DNA from: an uncultured Bacteroidales bacterium
GTDB taxonomy: Bacteria > Bacteroidota > Bacteroidia > Bacteroidales > VadinHA17
Direction of reading: 5' to 3'
NCBI GenBank assembly: GCA_963825935.1
Contig: CAWGUN010000010.1
Location: forward strand, 135,752-199,751
Length of the DNA: 64,000 bases
A model generated the notes under the pieces. The model saw only the letters and a program-made list of their open reading frames with translations, was not told the origin of the DNA and did no database searches. The position numbers were made by a program, and so were the translations under genes. Below are positions 30,290 to 39,374 of the stretch, piece by piece. Numbering within the stretch: the stretch's first letter is position 1; every line of letters starts with the position of its first letter.

Positions 30290-31474
30290 ATGAAAATTCA
30301 TGTAAAAAATAATGTCTGGTGGATCGGGAAAACCGATTGGGAATTGCGCAGATTTCACGGTGACGAATATTCAACGCATCATGGAACAACTTATAATTCA
30401 TATTTGCTTCTTGAAGATAAGAAAGTTTTAATCGATACCGTATGGGGAAAGTATTCTGAAGAGTATCTGAAAAATCTTGCTAAAGAGATTGATTTGAAAC
30501 AAATTGATTTTGTAGTTGCCTGTCATGGAGAGCCTGATCATAGCGGTGCAATGCCTGCCTTAATGGAACATATCCCCAATACGCCTGTATATTGTACGGA
30601 AAACGGTATCAAATCGCTGAAAGGACATTACCATAAAAACTGGAATTTTGTCCCTGTGAAAACCGGCGACAAGCTGAATCTTGGTAAAAAAGAGCTTATT
30701 TTTGTACAGGCACCGATGCTGCATTGGCCTGACACAATGTTCTGCTATCTTACCGGAGACAATATATTATTCAGCAATGATGCCTTTGGTCAGCATTATT
30801 GTTCGGAAAATCTATTTAACGATCTGGTCGATCAGGATGAGTTGTATAATGAGGCAATCAAGTATTTTGCAAATATCCTTACTCCTTTCAGTTCACAGGT
30901 AATAAAGAAAATTGAGGAATTCAGTTCCCTGAAATTGCCGCTTGATATTATTTGCCCAAGCCATGGGATTATCTGGCGAAATAATCCCTCGCAGATCATT
31001 CAGAAATATGTTGAATGGTCGTCTGCCTACCAGCAAAATCAAATCACAATTATCTATGATACGATGTGGAATGGCACCCGGTTGATTGCTGAAAACATTG
31101 CTAAAGGAATTCGCCTTGCGGATGAAAACATTATGGTAAAAGTATTCAACGCATCAAATTCTGATAAAAATGATATTATCACCGAAGTTTTTAAGTCCAG
31201 AATTATTTTAATAGGCTCTCCGACAGTTAATAAAGGTGTAATGTATTCAATTGCAGGATTGCTGGAATTACTTAAAGGGTTTAAAATGAAAAACAAAAAG
31301 GCAATGGCATTTGGCTGCTATGGGTGGCATAGTGAAAGTGTTGGCATAATCAATGAATCATTAAAATCAGCAGGTTTTGAATTATTATCAGAAGGAATTA
31401 CTGTTAACTGGCAACCGGATGAAGCTAATAAAGAAAGTTTTATTGAAACAGGGAAATCGTTAGTTGCTAAATAA
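30290..31474 (+). CDS. fprA: Flavodiiron protein (FprA/NorV-type O2/NO reductase; metallo-beta-lactamase + flavodoxin domains)
   Basis: GTTYNSYL, HGEPDHSG, HWPD, SNDAFGQH, PSHG; flavodoxin YDTMWNGT and AFGCYGW. Confidence 0.9.
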   Translation: MKIHVKNNVWWIGKTDWELRRFHGDEYSTHHGTTYNSYLLLEDKKVLIDTVWGKYSEEYLKNLAKEIDLKQIDFVVACHGEPDHSGAMPALMEHIPNTPVYCTENGIKSLKGHYHKNWNFVPVKTGDKLNLGKKELIFVQAPMLHWPDTMFCYLTGDNILFSNDAFGQHYCSENLFNDLVDQDELYNEAIKYFANILTPFSSQVIKKIEEFSSLKLPLDIICPSHGIIWRNNPSQIIQKYVEWSSAYQQNQITIIYDTMWNGTRLIAENIAKGIRLADENIMVKVFNASNSDKNDIITEVFKSRIILIGSPTVNKGVMYSIAGLLELLKGFKMKNKKAMAFGCYGWHSESVGIINESLKSAGFELLSEGITVNWQPDEANKESFIETGKSLVAK

Positions 31475-31504
31475 ATGTACTTAGGCAGAAAAATTCAATA
31501 GAAT

Positions 31505-33085
31505 CTATCCCAGGTTTTCAAATAGTATCCCAATCTTTTTAAGAGCATAACCTGTCTCTTTCATATAATCGCCATATGCTGTGATCCAGTGAAACCCCGG
31601 CATCTGCTCAGCCACTTTTTTGCTGTCACATTCAAAGCTTATATCAATCTGGGAACGACAGATATCAAGCGACGGGTTGTCAATAATCTTTCCTGACAAA
31701 CCAACATTCCGGTTAAATTCAAAGTCAGGCATGATATTAGTAACAGTTTGACCTATAAGCATATTAACCTTTGGGGCTGCTCCATAATCCGACTCAAAAT
31801 GTGTAAGGAGCGTTGCAGGTTCGAGTTTTTTCCCGTCCATACGACGCGGCGCTGTACAGTGAGCCAGTGTAATCATATTATCATGAGGGTAGGTGGGGTC
31901 ATTTAAAAATACGGGTTTCCCTGAAATATTAGCAAGTAAAATGCCAGAAGGAACCACAACAAAATCAGATTCGCAGAACGCAAGATAACCGGCATCATTA
32001 AGCAGACTGAGTGTCAGACAGGCAGATGTTTCAGCTAATGGCATAATAGTTCCCATGCAGTTATTAACAGTAATCGCCCTGCATCCGGATTTTTCCATAA
32101 TCCTGATCATAATATCTTCCAGAACAAAACAGTTCTCAACAAACTGACGTTTCGTTTCCAGCTTAATCCCGGAGTCCTGAAGATATTTCCCGGCACGGTT
32201 TGCTGCACGGGTAATAACCGAATTATCCGACCTTGCTTCCTTAATTAAACTACCTAATTCATCATATGAAACAGTCTGAATATCAAGTTTGAACTTCTCC
32301 CTTACAAGTTTCTGTACAACATCCACCGGCTGAGACCAGGCTGCAAAACCACCAATTGCAATTATCCTTGAATTCAGGGTATTCTTCAATCCGCACAATG
32401 CCCTGAAACGCCACAAAAGCTCATCCTGGCTATCAATGACGACATCATTCTCATCGATCCCTTTCACGGCAAGCTTGTCAGTGTGCTGCCGCAAAAAACG
32501 GGGACTTATTATTTCATACCACAGATAGACGGGTCCCGATTTATGCCGGCAAAAGAAGATCATATTCTTGCCCATTTTATTTAATGTATCAAAGCTATCC
32601 ATCCATCCCCCGGCTGCATAGATCAGGAAAACGTCAGCAGATTCCAGATCTACTATCCCGTTTAAACCCTGAGTGTTGCGGACTTTCGAGAGAGGCAGAA
32701 ATTGAACAGGAAAATCAGCTTTATCCACAAGAGTTTTGAGTTCATCCTGAATCCGTATGACCTCCTCATTGGCATCTTGATCTGTCTGAATACCGCCCCA
32801 GCTTCTCCAACTCGTCTGATCCCTCCGTGTCGGAATATCAAACGTTAATATTGGTTTGACAATCAGAGGTTGACGGCGGATGGAAGATTTTTCATCGGTT
32901 TGTCCGGCAATAAGGGCAGCCCAGGAAATCCCTGGAATTGCGACAGCACCCAGAGCGCTTGTAGCGGTAACTTTTACAAACTTCCGCCTTGATATTTCAT
33001 CAGACATCTTTCCATGATTCCCATTACAGCAGGAACAACTCGTTTCGGGGATTTTACCTGGAGAATCATCTGTGGCTCTGTTCAT
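31505..33085 (-). CDS. L-fucose/L-arabinose isomerase-like protein, Tat-exported
   Basis: ISRRKFVK; AFCESD, LAHCTAP, THFESDYG and CRSQ motifs of FucI-like C-terminal domains. Confidence 0.7.
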   Translation of the reverse strand: MNRATDDSPGKIPETSCSCCNGNHGKMSDEISRRKFVKVTATSALGAVAIPGISWAALIAGQTDEKSSIRRQPLIVKPILTFDIPTRRDQTSWRSWGGIQTDQDANEEVIRIQDELKTLVDKADFPVQFLPLSKVRNTQGLNGIVDLESADVFLIYAAGGWMDSFDTLNKMGKNMIFFCRHKSGPVYLWYEIISPRFLRQHTDKLAVKGIDENDVVIDSQDELLWRFRALCGLKNTLNSRIIAIGGFAAWSQPVDVVQKLVREKFKLDIQTVSYDELGSLIKEARSDNSVITRAANRAGKYLQDSGIKLETKRQFVENCFVLEDIMIRIMEKSGCRAITVNNCMGTIMPLAETSACLTLSLLNDAGYLAFCESDFVVVPSGILLANISGKPVFLNDPTYPHDNMITLAHCTAPRRMDGKKLEPATLLTHFESDYGAAPKVNMLIGQTVTNIMPDFEFNRNVGLSGKIIDNPSLDICRSQIDISFECDSKKVAEQMPGFHWITAYGDYMKETGYALKKIGILFENLG

Positions 33086-33144
33086 CTTGTTTTAAGGTTT
33101 TAGTTATATCGGGATCAATCCGGTAATTAAAATTCCATATCCTC

Positions 33145-34263
33145 TTAATTAAGGTTCTTTTGAAAGATTCTGTACTTTTTATAGACTATACCACCTAATT
33201 TTTCATTTTCCGCCCGCATCTTCCAGTTAGATTCCAGTTCCAGATGGCTGTCGATAGATGTGAAACCAGCCTTTTTGGCAATATTAATAATGTGTACAGC
33301 AATTAATACATCAACACCTATTCCACGGTATTTTTCTTTTATTCCACCTATAAGCAGATCGAGCTGGCTTGCATTTTTTGAAGCTTTCAGGATTTTATAA
33401 AAACCCAGGGGGAAGAGGTGTCCTCTGGCTGCAATAATTCCCTCGTTGATGCTGGGAATCGTTATCATAAAGCCTGCAATTTCATCTTCATAGGTTACTA
33501 CTGCAACGAGCTTTGGATCCAGCAAAGAGATAAAATGATTCGCTAAATCCACCATCTCATTTTTATCAAGTTGTGAATAGCCATAAATTTCCGTAAAACT
33601 TTCATTCATTAATTCCAGAACAGGATGTATGTACCTGCGAATTTCTTTCCTGCTGGAGAAGTTTAGTATCCGGATTTTAGGATTTTGTAAGGCCTTGTTT
33701 TGTATCCGCAAATAAGCAGGTGGGAGTGGTCTGGAAATATCAATCTTATAAACAACCAGGTCCGCTTCACAACCATATCCTGCCGATTGCATAAGTGAGA
33801 TTATGTACTCAAAATTATAATTGGCAGTAAGTGATGGCCTCTCATTAAATCCCTCAGTCATAAATCCGATTGGATCATGATAGCACATCCCAAAGGGACC
33901 AATTATTCTGGTCATACTTTTATCCAATGCCCACTTCTCTATATAACTCAGAAGCTGGTCAGATACGGCACTTTCATTTATGCAATCGAAAAAGGAAAAC
34001 CTGGCTACCTTCTCTTTCTTTTCATTATTATTTCGATGGTTTATAATACCCATAATTCTTCCGACTGGTTTCCCGTCATGCCGTGCAAGAATTATTTTTG
34101 TATCACAATATGAAAACGCCCTGTTCTTCTTTGAATTGAAATAGCCCCATTCATCCTTATAAATCGGTGGTACCCAGTTAAGATGATTATTATGCAATTT
34201 TTCAGGCAGATAAATAAAATCTTTCAAATCCGATTTACTGACTACTTCCTGAATCTGAAGCAT
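33145..34263 (-). CDS. YghO-like double-GNAT protein (bacterial ceramide synthase-like)
   Basis: LKDFIYLP...WVPP...KKNRAF..C; VGRIMGIIN; RFSFFDCIN; IIGPFG; GHLFPLGF; ELESNWKM; YKKYRIF; start set at ATG 34263. Confidence 0.75.
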   Translation of the reverse strand: MLQIQEVVSKSDLKDFIYLPEKLHNNHLNWVPPIYKDEWGYFNSKKNRAFSYCDTKIILARHDGKPVGRIMGIINHRNNNEKKEKVARFSFFDCINESAVSDQLLSYIEKWALDKSMTRIIGPFGMCYHDPIGFMTEGFNERPSLTANYNFEYIISLMQSAGYGCEADLVVYKIDISRPLPPAYLRIQNKALQNPKIRILNFSSRKEIRRYIHPVLELMNESFTEIYGYSQLDKNEMVDLANHFISLLDPKLVAVVTYEDEIAGFMITIPSINEGIIAARGHLFPLGFYKILKASKNASQLDLLIGGIKEKYRGIGVDVLIAVHIINIAKKAGFTSIDSHLELESNWKMRAENEKLGGIVYKKYRIFQKNLN

Positions 34264-34282
34264 ATTCCTGAGTATGATTTTA

Positions 34283-35494
34283 TTACTGAGATGGTTGCCT
34301 GATTGTCTTCCGGTTATATATAATAGGACCTCCCAGCAGCCTGTATTCATCAAGACGGCACGAATTAATCATCTCTTCTTTAAAGGGCATAAGATTAATG
34401 CATCCGTCACATAAATTCAATTCACCATCTATAACCTCAAAAGGTTGCTGAATGACCAGACTCTGAACAAATATCTTTTCAAAAAGGAGGGATGGATTTT
34501 TTATTGCGGCCCCTAAATAATGCCCAAGTGCTTTCCTGATTTCCCTGTCAAAAAATGCCATGAAGAAAACCATTATTCCAAACCCGGGAACGGTTGCATC
34601 ATATTTATGGTGAAGTTTATAATAAATATCCTGGTATATCTTCATTGTCTTTTCACCAATAGCGCCATATGTTTTTTGTCTCGAGCCTATATTATTTATA
34701 GTGATTAATTTGAATGTGTCGGGTCTTGAAGTTCCCTTAAGGTATGCAGAAGGATAAACATAATCCAGGTCAGAACTAATCTTTGCAAGAATATCCAGAG
34801 AAGAAATATCAATTTCTTCGTCTGGCTTAATAGCATCGGGCAAAGAATCCAGACCTATTTTTTGTCCATTGAAGCACATAACATTAGCCACATCCGTGGG
34901 AATACCTCTGAAAGCAATGAATGAGAGATGACTTGCCCTGTCAATGTTTGCGCGGTACCACCGTACAATATCCGGTACTTCATTTAAATTTGAATGCCGG
35001 ATAGTCATATTAAATCCACATTTTATCTTTCCGGTTTTAAGAACCATGTCGACATAAAATTGCCGGAGATTGTTCATCTCTGCTTCAGTTTTATTAATCC
35101 AGCCTGGCCGGTTCTGTCCGCTGTCAACGTGAAGAAAGAATTGAAAAAGACCTGCATCCCTGAGCTTTGCTGCAAAATCGGGTGTGAGTAACTCTCCGTT
35201 GGACAGGATAATGCATTTAAGCTTCAGGGAAGTAATGAATTTTACCACTTCAATGATATCCGGATATAATAAAGGCTCACCCCCTGAAATGGATATCCTG
35301 CTGCAGTTTGTCATTTCAATACATTGGAGAATTTCTTTTTTTATTTGGGTCAGTGGCCTGTGCCCTTCGAAGTTATTTCGTCTGAAGCAACCAGGGCATG
35401 CTAAATTGCAAATATCTGTAACCTCAATCCATGCTCCCGGATTATCATTCCTTGTCCAGGGGAAATTGTACATATGCTTTCGGTCAGGGAACAT
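34283..35494 (-). CDS. Radical SAM protein (paralogue 2)
   Basis: CNLACPGC; SGGEPLLYP; C-terminal CDGC...SCRLDEY. Confidence 0.9.
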   Translation of the reverse strand: MFPDRKHMYNFPWTRNDNPGAWIEVTDICNLACPGCFRRNNFEGHRPLTQIKKEILQCIEMTNCSRISISGGEPLLYPDIIEVVKFITSLKLKCIILSNGELLTPDFAAKLRDAGLFQFFLHVDSGQNRPGWINKTEAEMNNLRQFYVDMVLKTGKIKCGFNMTIRHSNLNEVPDIVRWYRANIDRASHLSFIAFRGIPTDVANVMCFNGQKIGLDSLPDAIKPDEEIDISSLDILAKISSDLDYVYPSAYLKGTSRPDTFKLITINNIGSRQKTYGAIGEKTMKIYQDIYYKLHHKYDATVPGFGIMVFFMAFFDREIRKALGHYLGAAIKNPSLLFEKIFVQSLVIQQPFEVIDGELNLCDGCINLMPFKEEMINSCRLDEYRLLGGPIIYNRKTIRQPSQ

Positions 35495-35500
35495 CGCTGA

Positions 35501-36706
35501 TTAATTTTGAGAATCCTTTTGCTTAATTATATTTATTGGTCCTCCAAACATTCTGTATTCATCTAACCTGCATGAATTGATCAGCCTGCCATTATAAACC
35601 ATCATATTGACGCAATCATCACACAGGTTGATCATACCTTCCAGAATTTCAATAGGCTGCTGCAAATGAATGCTTTGGGCATAAATCTTATCAAATAAAC
35701 GTATGGGATTTCTTACTGAAGCTTTAAGATAATTAACAAATGCTTTTTTAATCTCACTGTCGAACAAAGACATAAAGAATAGTTTTTTCCCGGGTCGCGG
35801 ATTTTCAAGGAAAGCAAAATATCTTCCATTAAAGAGATGGTAAAACATCTGAGCCATTTCCATGGTTTTCGGTCCCAGAACCCCAAGATGGTTCCTGGAA
35901 GTGCTGGCATTAACTATTATGAGGAACTTATTTGTTTCATGTACAGATGTACCGTTCAGATAGACAGAGGGGCGAAGGTTCGGATTGGCTTTAATTACAT
36001 AGCTGTACATCTCTTCAGTTGTGATATTGATCTCTTCGGGTTTAGGATTGCTCCCTAATGATTGTTCGGGATCAATTATTTTCCCGTTGGCTACCAGCTG
36101 ATACAACGGATCTTTTGCTATAGCCCTGTATGCCAGAAATGATATATGGTGCACTCTTGCTATGTTTTTCTGGCACCACTTCAGGATTTCCGGAATATAT
36201 TCGAGATTGGACCGGAAGATGGTCACATGAAAGCCGCATTGTATTTTTTTGGTATTCCAGAGGAGGTCTGCATAATACTGCCTCAGTTCGTTCAGTTCAG
36301 TTTCCGGTTTGCCAGTCCATCCTGGTCGTTCCTGGGCACTGTCGATATGAAAATGCATCTTTGCCAGGCCGGCCTTTTTCAGATCATTCGCCAGTTCCGG
36401 AGTCAGTAAAAGACCATTGGTAAAGACCATTGGTTTAATCTTCTTCGAAGCGATATAACTTATTACCTCAACCAGATCAGGATAACCCAGAGGCTCTCCA
36501 CCTGTGATTGCTATACAATCGCAATTGGTAAGTCTTACAAGATCATCAATGTCTTTTTTAATAGTATCAACAGGACGATGTCCTTCAAGCTGATGACGGT
36601 AACAGCCCGGGCAATGAAGATCGCAGGTATCTGTAACTTCTACCCATCCACCCGGATTATCAGTCTTTGACCATGGCAATCTGTATAGTGCCTCTCTCTG
36701 TATCAT
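35501..36706 (-). CDS. Radical SAM protein (paralogue 1)
   Basis: CDLHCPGC; TGGEPLGYP; C-terminal CDDC...SCRLDEY. Confidence 0.9.
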   Translation of the reverse strand: MIQREALYRLPWSKTDNPGGWVEVTDTCDLHCPGCYRHQLEGHRPVDTIKKDIDDLVRLTNCDCIAITGGEPLGYPDLVEVISYIASKKIKPMVFTNGLLLTPELANDLKKAGLAKMHFHIDSAQERPGWTGKPETELNELRQYYADLLWNTKKIQCGFHVTIFRSNLEYIPEILKWCQKNIARVHHISFLAYRAIAKDPLYQLVANGKIIDPEQSLGSNPKPEEINITTEEMYSYVIKANPNLRPSVYLNGTSVHETNKFLIIVNASTSRNHLGVLGPKTMEMAQMFYHLFNGRYFAFLENPRPGKKLFFMSLFDSEIKKAFVNYLKASVRNPIRLFDKIYAQSIHLQQPIEILEGMINLCDDCVNMMVYNGRLINSCRLDEYRMFGGPINIIKQKDSQN

Positions 36707-36871
36707 TAATAAACGTTTTATGAATCGGGAAGAGTCTTAAAACGAAATAATACCAGTCATTAATGTAAAGATAATTAATAATTCAATGGCTGTCAATTAA
36801 ATATTTGTTTTTCCCATGTGTATTCTTATTCCTCCGGGAATTAGTATTTTTAAAATGTTTTATTCTATTCC

Positions 36872-37657
36872 ATGGATAAGAAAGTTGCTTTTATCAGCGG
36901 AGCTACAAGCGGAATCGGCGCAGCTTTTGCCCGTCATTTTGCACAACAGGGATATGATTTGATTATTACCGGACATCCGGATGATAAAATCTCCCTTTGT
37001 GCAGAAGAACTGAAAGAAAAACATGATGTAAAAGTTGAAATCATTATGGCAGATTTCGCAATTGAAAATGATATTGCACGAATAGAGGAGATCATAATAA
37101 GGAATAAAAAGATAGATGTTCTTATAAACAATGCAGGATTTTATTTTGGAAAGCCTTTCTGGCAGAATGATATCCGGAGCCTCGAAAGCATGATAAAAGT
37201 ACATATTAATACTCCGGTTCGTTTGATTCATGCTGCTCTTCCAAATATGACCATGAACAGGAGAGGGACAATAATTAATTTGTCTTCACTGGCTTCTTTT
37301 ATGCCTGTTCCTCAGGATGCAATGTATTCGGCAACCAAACTGTTTAACAACAGTTTTATGGAATCTTTGCATATCAGTGTAAAAGACAAAGGCATCAAAG
37401 TACAGGTACTATGTCCGGGTTTTGTACAAAATACCAATTTTCATGAAAGAGCAGGCATGAATCAGTCAGGCAATAAAAACTGGAAAATTCTGCCGTGGAT
37501 GGATCCTGAAAAAGTAGTTAAAATATCTGTCAGAAACCTTAGAAAGAATAATAAAGTGATTGTTATCCCGGGATTCCGGAACAGGGCAATTAAGTTTATG
37601 ATCTCAATTTTTCCGCGATCATTATATTACAGATTCGCAACAAAATTTTTACAATAA
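36872..37657 (+). CDS. Short-chain dehydrogenase/reductase (SDR)
   Basis: SGATSGIG, LINNAG, YSATK catalytic motif, LCPGFV. Confidence 0.92.
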   Translation: MDKKVAFISGATSGIGAAFARHFAQQGYDLIITGHPDDKISLCAEELKEKHDVKVEIIMADFAIENDIARIEEIIIRNKKIDVLINNAGFYFGKPFWQNDIRSLESMIKVHINTPVRLIHAALPNMTMNRRGTIINLSSLASFMPVPQDAMYSATKLFNNSFMESLHISVKDKGIKVQVLCPGFVQNTNFHERAGMNQSGNKNWKILPWMDPEKVVKISVRNLRKNNKVIVIPGFRNRAIKFMISIFPRSLYYRFATKFLQ

Positions 37658-37662
37658 AAGTT

Positions 37663-38769
37663 ATGGGTTCAACTGTTGCTGTGCGGAGATGTTTTGATTA
37701 TGATCCCGATGAAATACTGAAAAGCATCGAGTGGCTTTACACCGAAGGTAATGGTCCAGATCCGGGAGGGAAAAAGGTACTGGTGAAACCCAATATTCTT
37801 TCTGATGATGACCCGGTCAGGGCAATAACAACTCATCCCGTTGTAGTTGAAGCTGTTATAAAATATCTTCAGTCCAGGGGAGCAACTGTATTTGTTGGCG
37901 ATTCCCCGACATTTGATACAGCCAGATTTACCGGGGAGAAATCAGGGATCAGGCAGGTAGTTGATAAATGTAATGCCACGTGGGTAAGATTTAATGAATC
38001 TTCCATTACCAGAGAAGTTGGGAACTCTACAATTAAAATCACAGGTCTGATTACTGAGGTAGATCTTATAATATCTCTCCCAAAACTGAAGAACCATGAA
38101 TTCATGATTTTTACGGGTGCTATAAAAAACATCTTCGGATTTGTTCCTGCATTCAATAAGGCGATGCAGCATGTAAAATATCCCGACAGGAACAAGTTCG
38201 CTAAATTTTTTGTCGATCTGGAAGAGACTATAAAACCCCATTTTCACATAATGGACGGAATTATGGCTTTGGAAGGTCCGGGGCCGGGTAACGGATACCC
38301 AAAAAAGGTCAATGTGTTACTCGCCTCTGAGAATCCGCTTGCATTGGATATTATTGCAAGTCGCATTGTTGGATATGATCCTCTTGATATCCCGACAAAC
38401 AAAATTGCTCTGGAAAGAGGTCACCTTCTGAAAAATATGGACGACATCATTATCAAAGGAACCGATCCGGATACTATTGTTGTCAAAGATTTTATAAGGA
38501 TTTTTACAGGTGGAGTGGCAGGGATTCTTTTAAATTATTTTAAGAAGAAAATGCCGTTCCTTAGAAGGTTCGATAATAGGCCTGTTTTTAACAGCAAGCT
38601 ATGCACAGGCTGCTCAAAATGTATAGATATTTGTCCGGTCAATACTCTTCGTTTTGATAATAAAAAGAAAAACAGGGTTTTAATTGACGATTCAAAATGC
38701 ATTCGTTGTCACTGCTGCCAGGAAGTATGCAGGGAAAGAGCTATTGATATTAAAAGGAAAGTTTTTTAG
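37663..38769 (+). CDS. DUF362 domain protein with a C-terminal 2x[4Fe-4S] ferredoxin domain
   Basis: KVLVKPN, TTHPVVV, ISLPKLKNH, TGAIKNIFG, EGPGP; CTGCSKCIDICP and CIRCHCCQEVC. Confidence 0.9.
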   Translation: MGSTVAVRRCFDYDPDEILKSIEWLYTEGNGPDPGGKKVLVKPNILSDDDPVRAITTHPVVVEAVIKYLQSRGATVFVGDSPTFDTARFTGEKSGIRQVVDKCNATWVRFNESSITREVGNSTIKITGLITEVDLIISLPKLKNHEFMIFTGAIKNIFGFVPAFNKAMQHVKYPDRNKFAKFFVDLEETIKPHFHIMDGIMALEGPGPGNGYPKKVNVLLASENPLALDIIASRIVGYDPLDIPTNKIALERGHLLKNMDDIIIKGTDPDTIVVKDFIRIFTGGVAGILLNYFKKKMPFLRRFDNRPVFNSKLCTGCSKCIDICPVNTLRFDNKKKNRVLIDDSKCIRCHCCQEVCRERAIDIKRKVF

Positions 38770-38838
38770 TGCTGATAGCTCTATATCCTTAGATCGTAAA
38801 TCTTTCAAAATAAATGATCTGCCCGGGGAAACAGTCTC
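38668..38838 (+). repeat. 171-bp direct repeat, copy 1 (3' end of the DUF362 gene plus downstream DNA)
   Basis: Matches 39197-39367 with one mismatch (C38710/T39239). Confidence 0.92.
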
Positions 38839-38884
38839 CTGTTTTGAGCGGTTTTTAGCCCTATAAAAACATAACTGTTTGATA

Positions 38885-39065
38885 AGGGGATTCCTCGCTA
38901 GAGCTCGGAATGACAATTTATTATTTTACAGGGGGTGGGGAAAGAAGTGGCGATTCGCTGAAAAATATCGAAAGAGTTCAAAATAAAGTTTGCGAATCGC
39001 CACTTCTTTCCCCCTACACCACACGATCTCGCCTTGTCATTCCGAGCGTCAGCAAGGAATCTCCT
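38885..39065. repeat. Nested palindromic element (outer GTCATTCCGAGC..GGAATC REP-like arms, inner perfect 22-bp inverted repeat), family B
   Basis: Outer arms 38885-38916/39034-39065; inner GGGGAAAGAAGTGGCGATTCGC 38937-38958 and its reverse complement 38992-39013. Confidence 0.85.
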
Positions 39066-39196
39066 GATTTTTTGTAATTAGGTCTTCATAATAGATGTCA
39101 TTAATAATCTGTTAGTAAATTTATTAAGGTCAATCATGAGAAGTTTATTGTCTTGTCTGTCTATCTTAATTTTGGGTGCCTTTCGCGAAAAACAAC

Positions 39197-39367
39197 AAAA
39201 ACAGGGTTTTAATTGACGATTCAAAATGCATTCGTTGTTACTGCTGCCAGGAAGTATGCAGGGAAAGAGCTATTGATATTAAAAGGAAAGTTTTTTAGTG
39301 CTGATAGCTCTATATCCTTAGATCGTAAATCTTTCAAAATAAATGATCTGCCCGGGGAAACAGTCTC
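39197..39367 (+). repeat. 171-bp direct repeat, copy 2 (displaced duplicate of the DUF362 gene 3' end)
   Basis: See copy 1; offset 529 bp. Confidence 0.92.
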
Positions 39368-39374
39368 ATCATGG

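Noticed and set aside
34283-36706. RiPP maturases (SPASM) or tetraether lipid synthase
   Set aside because: No seven-Cys SPASM motif, no RRE or precursor ORF, and no Tes-type N-terminal metal-binding extension
38668-39367. Diversity-generating retroelement TR/VR pair
   Set aside because: Only one mismatch, the repeat extends into non-coding DNA, and no reverse transcriptase is in the window
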